64,000 nucleotides of DNA from the human T2T-CHM13v2.0 reference genome, Homo sapiens. Each line of letters opens with the position of its first letter. Within the stretch, counting starts at the first letter, position 1. Position numbers and translations under genes: made by a program. The DNA lies in the NCBI RefSeq assembly GCF_009914755.1, contig NC_060934.1; one strand, written 5' to 3'. A model generated the notes under the pieces. The model saw nothing but the letters and a program-made list of their open reading frames with translations, was not told the origin of the DNA and searched no databases. Shown one piece after another: positions 56,901 to 64,000 of this stretch.

Positions 56901-58288
56901 GACACTTGAAATATTTGTTTTATGTACTGATGCAAATTATGTGTATATTTTTCAGTGCTAAACTAGTGAACAAGAAGTACACAAAGGCTGCATCATGGAG
57001 ATAATGTCTCTTAGGTTTGATAAAGTAATACACTGTTTCTGTAGCTCCACAGCCACCATGAATTTGAAGGAGTAAAATCTATTTGGAAAATTGTTTGCCA
57101 TTCTCATTCACTTTTTCTTTAGTTTGGAGATTCCGGGAATAAGCCCATTAAACTTTGTATTTCTTGATGGCAGGAACTATATTTTATTTATTATTGCATT
57201 TTCAGAGCCTAATATGGTGACTGACAGGAACATTGAAAAAGGTCAATAAATATATGAGGGTAAATAAATGAATATCTCATACTTATTGGGCCTCTTGACT
57301 TTAGCATCCCCCTACTGGTTCATTTTGACTGTGAAGGTGGAAAGGAGAGATGGTCTTGAATAAGGATTGTTTTCAGCTGTGCTGGATCTCACACGCTAAC
57401 TCCGATGAGTCAGTAGGGGCTTCCTAGAGAACTTCATGAGATGGATTTGATATCTATATCCATGTTTTTAAAAACTGCATTGATAGATTAGTAAGATCTG
57501 CTTCACTGAATCACTGTTAGTTGAAGATATTAATTTATCATCTCTGCTTACATCTGTGGACAATACGAGGTAACAGATAGAAATGGGATATTTTAGAAAT
57601 TCTGAAGATACCTCTGGTAATTTCTCAGAAAATGAATTACTATGACACATTTTCCTATTCTGAACAATGAAATTAATATTGCCAGAAAAATATATTCAGT
57701 ATCAACATTTCTACCTGGTGGCAAAACAGGCCAGAATAGTCTATTCATTGTCCTGATTCCTTTTAGTGCTTTAAATATGTAGAATCTGTTTCTAGACCTT
57801 TTGCAGTCCCTGGGTGATTATGGCTGTGGAGTAATAATGCATCATTAGTATGCTATGGTTAGCTCATCTGATGTGTTACTTGAAAGATCCAGGGAAGAAC
57901 AGCCCCATAAGCAGATTGGCTTTAATTATTAGAGGGAAAGGTACACTAGTGCCAAGGTGTTCCTGTTGGCACCAACATTGATATTTCACAAAATTTTAAT
58001 TTGCATTCTTAATTTTGAGTCTCTTATTCAGTTCAGCATTTGGCAATGCCCCTGTTATTTGCATATACTCTCCTTGGGGCAAATCTTATATTCATCATGA
58101 TCCTGTATCTGTTTTTCAACCTTCCCTTCTCCCTTGGTATTTTCATTCTATTGCACAATAAATTTAATCTGAGTTCTGTCCATCCTTGGAAACCACTTGC
58201 CCTTCAGAAGCCAGACCCTTCCTCTGTGCCACAGTGTAGAAGTGTAAAATGTAGCAAAGAAAAATGTTTTTCTCTTAACACTCCTTAC

Positions 58289-58378
58289 CAAGTGTAGGTG
58301 CTAATGCCATTTGTTCATGTTTTAGTTTCAAATTGTTTCCAGAAGAAATCAAAGCTTTTTCTCATCTACTGAGTTAAT
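58289..58378 (-). other. Candidate 5' exon (90 nt; mostly UTR-like, ends with MALAPTL in phase 1)
   Basis: Very strong acceptor catttcttttcattttctgttcag|, donor TTG|gtaagg, non-repeat sequence. Confidence 0.35.
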
Positions 58379-58423
58379 CTGAACAGAAAATGAAAAGAAA
58401 TGAATTGTATAAAAGAAATTAAA

Positions 58424-58590
58424 CCTGGACGCAGTGGCTCACTCCTGTAATCCCAGGACTTTGGGAAGCAGAGACAGGAGGATTATTTGAGGCAAGGAGT
58501 TTGAGGCTGCAGCGACCTATGATCACCTCACTATCCTCTAGCCTGGGTGAGAAAGTGAGACCTCATGTCAAAAAGAAAATAAAAGAGAAT
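58424..58590 (+). mobile_element. Alu monomer (FRAM/FAM-like or recombined AluJ), TSD GAAATTAAA
   Basis: Left-arm start joined to right-arm end, with A tail. Confidence 0.85.
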
Positions 58591-59939
58591 GAAATTAAAG
58601 AAAAATTGAAGTTGCTAAAGCTGGAAAGGACCATCAAATTCAAGTAAAACTTTCCTATACTGGATGATTATAGTTGTAAAATTAATACATTGAAATTACA
58701 GAAAGTCCACCATATTCTCATTACTTATCATCATATTTAATTCTTCCATTCCTATATTTATTTTCAAGCAGGTTTATTATGGCACAGTTTTAAAATGTAT
58801 TTGTAAACATACTCAGGGCAGGGAAAGCAGAGTTAAAGGGGAGGAGAGGGAAAGGGAGGAACGTTTATTTTCTTTTTTGATATATAATCAAATTTATTTT
58901 TTATTTGTGGATGAAAAGCCTCTAAGCTCGGGACAAGGTTAAAGGAATGACCATCACTCATGATAACCAAGGCAGGATTAATGAGTAAGACAAGATGATT
59001 GAGCCTTTCCAAGAAAAATACAATGTATTTTCTGTAGCATGAGATCAGACCAAGAGGAAGAGACTGAAAGAATCTGTAATAGACAATGCTCTAAACTTGA
59101 ATTTGACTTACTAGTTAGAATTAATTACTAAGAATGAAAAGAGAGCACTTTAAACTGGAAATGGGCTGAGTTACCTTTAGAGGAAAATTGCTTTTGCAAC
59201 ATGCTTTTGCAATAGCTTCATAGATACTTTTTTCATCAATATCTGAATTTATTGCATAGTGTGATGCTGAAGACAGCTTGTAATATGGAAGAAAGACTCC
59301 ATTTGTTACTGTCACACTGAGCAGCTAGACATGGTTAAATTACTTGAAAGTAATTTTAACACCTTTTCCTCAAACACTTGAGGAAAGAAGACATTAATCA
59401 AACTGCTTAGAAAGAAAGGCACTATATAAATTGAGGATTTTAAAAAGGAGTATTTTCTTTTTAAAATGTGGAAGTATTATTTTGTTTTTCATACAAATGT
59501 TAATGAGCTGTTTTAAATATTTTATGTGATAAACTCAGCATCTTTTTGTGATATTTGAAATGGCATCTTCATGGAAATTTTAGGAATGCTTAATTATAGG
59601 ATGTGGAGTATAGTGCATGCTATGCCAATAGAATATTGTTTATTGCAGGCATACAAAATATATGTCAGTTGAAAGAATTTCCTAACTACAAAATAAACCT
59701 CAACTCTCATCTGGCGGGCAAGAGAGTTTGTGTTTTAGCATTTTCCCACCAATGTTATTTTTAGCCACTTCCAAAGAGTTTTCAATACCAGCAGTTGGGC
59801 AAGAAGTCAAAAGTACTTCTCTTTTTTAAAAAAAATAATGATTTTAATCAAAGATGTGTAAAAAGAATATCAAAAATATATAAGTAAATTAGGCAGGAGG
59901 AAGTATATGTGAAGGGTTAGGGTAAAGAAGGTTGATTAC

Positions 59940-60400
59940 AGCGGGAGAGAAACAGTATCTTTGAATACTTCTTTTCCTGGAATAAAAACAGCTTTTCAGT
60001 GTTTATTCCAGGGAAAAACCGGCAGTGGGAGAAGAAAGGGCCCTGGTGATTAACAAGGCTGCCTCTCACTGAGCCCTGGGCTCATTGACCAAAATGCAAT
60101 TTCCACATACAACTTATTTTTTAAAGGTCAGTTGGGTACCAGCAGCAAATAGCCAAGAGCAGGTTGCTGTCTTGTCAGAGGAAGAGAGAAGTCCCTGCAT
60201 TCCTTGAGGAGAATTTAAGAATTGCTCTTCTCACCTTGTTTTGTGTAAGGCAAATAGAAAGTAATATTTTGATCATTTGTCATATAGCCCCAGTTTCAGA
60301 CACTTAAAGTGCCCTCCTTTTGCCTACCCAGGAAATTCCAGCTCTTTTTGTAAGTTCCAGAACCACCTCCCATTGACTTCATAATTGCAACTTGAATAGG
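59940..60400. promoter_or_regulatory. Promoter/enhancer-like motif cluster
   Basis: GAS TTCCTGGAA (59974-59982), N4 STAT site TTCCAGGGAA (60006-60015), GGAAAA NFAT cores, kB-like GGAAATTCC (60331-60339), and a minus-strand donor AAG|gtgaga (exon end 60235), all in unique sequence. Confidence 0.4.
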
Positions 60401-60794
60401 AAACCAACCTCTCAAGTGCTGTTCTCATTCATTTATTATTCATTTTCTTCAGGCTTTTTCTTTCTTTTTCTTTTTAATTCAAAAATTCTTTGTTCCTGGG
60501 TCCACAGTGGTGAACACCTTCCCCTTCTGGAGCTCACCATGTTCAATATCATTTTCCATCTCTGGGATCCCTTTTCTATCTCCTTCTTCTGTGCTGCCAA
60601 GTTCATCCAAGTCAGTCATGTTCTTCATAAATGTCTCTTCCTCATTTTGTTAGTTTTTCCACATCCACATGTTTTTTGCTCTTTCTGTTTGTTTTATTTC
60701 TCTACTTGCAGTGTACTTTAATTTATAGTCACATATTGCTATGTGAGGGTCCCTGGAGATCCCTCAGGTCTGGTTGCCCTACTAAGTACATTTC

Positions 60795-61096
60795 AATTTT
60801 TAATTTTTTTAATTTTTTTTTTTTTAGAGACAGATCACCCAGGCTGGAGTGCAGTGGCATGATCTCGGCTCACTGCAGCCTCCATCTCTTGTGTTCAGCA
60901 ATTCTCATGTCTCAGCCTCCCAAGTAGCTGGGACTACTGGCATGCACCACCATGCATGGCTAATTTTTGTATTTTTAATAGAGACTGAGTTTCACCATGT
61001 TGGCCAGGCTGATCTTGAACTCTTGACCTCAAATGATCTGCCCGCCTAGGCCTCCCAAAGTGCTGGAATTACAGGCATGAGCCACCTTGCCCGGCC
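60795..61096 (-). mobile_element. Alu (S/J)
   Basis: Reverse dimer. Confidence 0.95.
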
Positions 61097-61099
61097 TCA

Positions 61100-62860
61100 A
61101 AAGTTTTGAGGCTCAGATTACAGTGTGCAATTCCAGCTCCTTGTGCTGTCAGCATCTAGATCAACACTTCGCTTGCAGTGTGGGAAGAGTAAATGTACCA
61201 CAGACTCCAACACCAGCAGGATCCTTATTCCTTCCTAAAAGTTCCTCTATATGACCTTTCTCAGCTTTTTATCCCAGCCTTCCAACCCCAGATATTTTAA
61301 ACCTTAAATTTTTTTTGTTTCCTGTAACTTCCCTCACTCTCTGCAGACAATCCCTTTTCTTGCTTCATAAGGAAATGAAAGCTACAAGTGAGAAATTCTC
61401 TCCCTCTCTTAGCTCCAACAAACTTATCTCCATCCTTACACTTTTTAAACCTTTCATCCCAGGAAGGAAGGATTGGCATGTCTTCTTGGAAGATGTCAAT
61501 CTTCCTGCTCAAGACAAATTCTACTACTTGCGATCTTGGTTCCAAACTCTCCAGCCTTTTTGAGGACATGTCTTCATGAATTTTCTCATTATTGTCTTGG
61601 GTCATCAGCTTCATTACACAATAACTTTCCTTTTGGTGTAGAAATGTGCATGTTTCCCCAATCTTAATAAGTAATCAAACTTTATCTATTTTATATTCTT
61701 TGTAGTCATCTTCTAGAAATCTTTCTCTTCACCTGCTATTTTCACTTGCGCTTCTCTTGTCACTCTCACCTTTTATTGTAATCTGGGTCTATTTAACCAC
61801 TGCATGACATCTACACATTACATTGACTCCACTGTAACCTACACAATAGTCTATCTCCACACTCTGTTGACACTTCTTTCACCAGGGGCACCTTCTAGTT
61901 GCTAAAAGCATAAAAGATTGTCTCAGCTTGGTTTTCCTGTAGTAATTAACTCTGTTAACAATTCTTTTCTTGAGGGTGCTCTTATGTTAATCTATTAAGA
62001 CCCCTTGTTTTCTAGGTTTTAACTCTTACCTCTCTGCCCATTTTTTACCTCATTCTTCTTTGAATGTTCATCTTCTTTTTCTATTCCATCTCTGTTGACA
62101 GTTCTATTTTTGGAAAATTTTCTGTACTTTATTCTCTCCTGTAATTTCCAACAATAGCCTTTGCTGCCCATTACAATGTCCAAATCTCCAATATGCTCGT
62201 TCTGTAAATTTTAGACCCATATAGTCAATTGCTCCTGTATCACTCCACTTGCATATATCACGAGCATCTGAGTATGTCTCCAACAAAATTCATTCTGTTT
62301 TCTACCACACAGCTGTTCTTCCCTATTTCAGTTAGTGACATTACCTATTTGGCCCAGCCAGAAAATGAGGAGTCAGTCTTTACTGTTTCACCCTCTCTTT
62401 TACAACCTGCATCCAACTGATCAATGAGTTCTGAGCATTCATCTTCTTAGTAGCTCTAGAATTTGTCTTTTCTCTTCCCTCCTCTGTGACATTATTTAAC
62501 TAAGACTCTCTTTATTAGGAATTACCTAATTACTTAAGCAGCCTTCTTTGTCAGTAGTTCTCAATCTTGTTTATACACCATAATTAGTTAGGAAAAATTC
62601 AAAATTCCTGATGCCCAGGCCACACTCCAAACCATTACATTAGAATGTATAGAGATGGAATTCAAGCATACCAAGGTGGAATTAAGGTGGAAAACCAATG
62701 TTCTAAGCAGCCCCTCTACTTCCATACTCTTATGACTGTTGTAATGTTGTTAGAATGTTCTTTCTATAAAGCTAATTGTGCTATCCTTATCTTAAGACAA
62801 TTTAATAGCTACCCATTACCTTCAGGTAAGAACTAAATTTCTCAGCATAACTTTAGTGTC
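61100..62860 (+). mobile_element. Long degenerate L2 with a MER5-type hAT insertion (~62552-62705)
   Basis: Pyrimidine-rich L2 motifs; cagtagttctcaa...gatgcccaggccacactcc...aaaaccaatg. Confidence 0.6.
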
Positions 62861-63056
62861 TTGTGTTTCTCATCAACTCATTTATTGATTTTTAATAGAT
62901 GTTACTTGCACATGATAAATAATTTAAAAGGTGCAAAAGAATGTACCTTGGGAGTGTGGGGGAAACCTTCGCTTGTGCCCTTATCTCAACCCCCGGACTC
63001 TCATCCCACCTTCACAGGCACCCACTATTCCCAGTACCCTTCACCATATATTAAAT

Positions 63057-63895
63057 GTGTGTGTGTGTATATATATATAATATATATACATGTAATATAT
63101 ATTATATATATACATGTAATATATAATATATATACATGTAATATATATAATATATATGCATGTAATATATATAATATATATGCATGTAATATATATAATA
63201 TATATGCATGTAATATATATAATATATATGCATGTAATATATATAATATATATGCATGTAATATATATAATATATATGCATGTAATATATATATAATATA
63301 TATGCATGTAATATATATAATATATATGCATGTAATATATATAATATATATGCATGTAATATATATAATATATATGCATGTAATATATATAATATGTATG
63401 CATGTAATATATATAATATGTATGCATGTAATATATATAATATGTATGCATGTAATATATAATATGTATGCATGTAATATATATAATATGTATGCATGTA
63501 ATATATATAATATGTATGCATGTAATATAGAATATGTATGCATGTAATATATATAATATATATGCATGTAATATATATAATATATATGCATGTAATATAT
63601 ATAACATATATGCATGTAATATATAATATATATGCATGTAATATATAATATATATAATATATATGCATGTAATATATATAATATATATGCATGTAATATA
63701 TATAATATATATGCATGTAATATATAATATATAATATATAATATATATAATATATATTGTAATATATTATATATATTACATGTTACAATATAATATAATA
63801 TAATACAATATAATTATATATATTATATTGTAACATGTAATATATATAACATGTAATATATATATAATATTAATATTAATATATTAATATTATAT
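63057..63895. repeat. AT-rich minisatellite, 22-bp unit TATATGCATGTAATATATATAA, flanked by (TG)n and degenerate (TA)n
   Basis: Directly visible; accounts for the long spurious ORFs at 62861-63716. Confidence 0.97.
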
Positions 63896-64000
63896 GGATA
63901 ACAGGAAAGAAAAAGCCTCCCAGGCATCTAATTACAACTGATACATTCTACCTTAGCCTTGAATGTCATGAGCAGCAGAGAGAGAAGACATTGAGCAAAT

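Noticed and set aside
57949-59386. Short inverted repeats GTGCCAA-N10-TTGGCAC and TTTCCTCAA-N4-TTGAGGAAA
   Set aside because: Arms of 7-9 bp are expected by chance; the first has the wrong orientation and spacing for an NFI dimer site.
62861-63716. ORFs of about 200 aa, the longest in the track
   Set aside because: They are translations of the 22-bp minisatellite.

Overview
AT-rich primate nuclear DNA, very probably human because it carries an intact AluYa5. It is dominated by interspersed repeats: about 16 Alus, nested L1s, L2/MIR, MaLR/ERV LTRs including a solo LTR7, an ERV1 internal region, and Tigger/MER DNA transposons. A 22-bp AT-rich minisatellite lies at the right end. None of the supplied single-frame ORFs is a credible stand-alone gene; most are Alu, L1 or simple-repeat translations. 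The main non-repeat signal is a chain of short minus-strand exons with recognisable splice sites between about 34.9 kb and 1.75 kb. Joined, they align by eye, in order and almost without gaps, to the RhoGAP domain consensus. The arginine-finger position is Met, and one exon has a mutated acceptor, a frameshift and two stops. I read this as an unprocessed, decayed RhoGAP-domain gene (candidate unitary pseudogene), with possible 5' exons and a STAT/NFAT/kB-motif-rich promoter-like region near 58-60 kb. I could not recognise the locus or gene by name. The homology and the repeat subfamily names come from by-eye recognition and need HMM/RepeatMasker confirmation.
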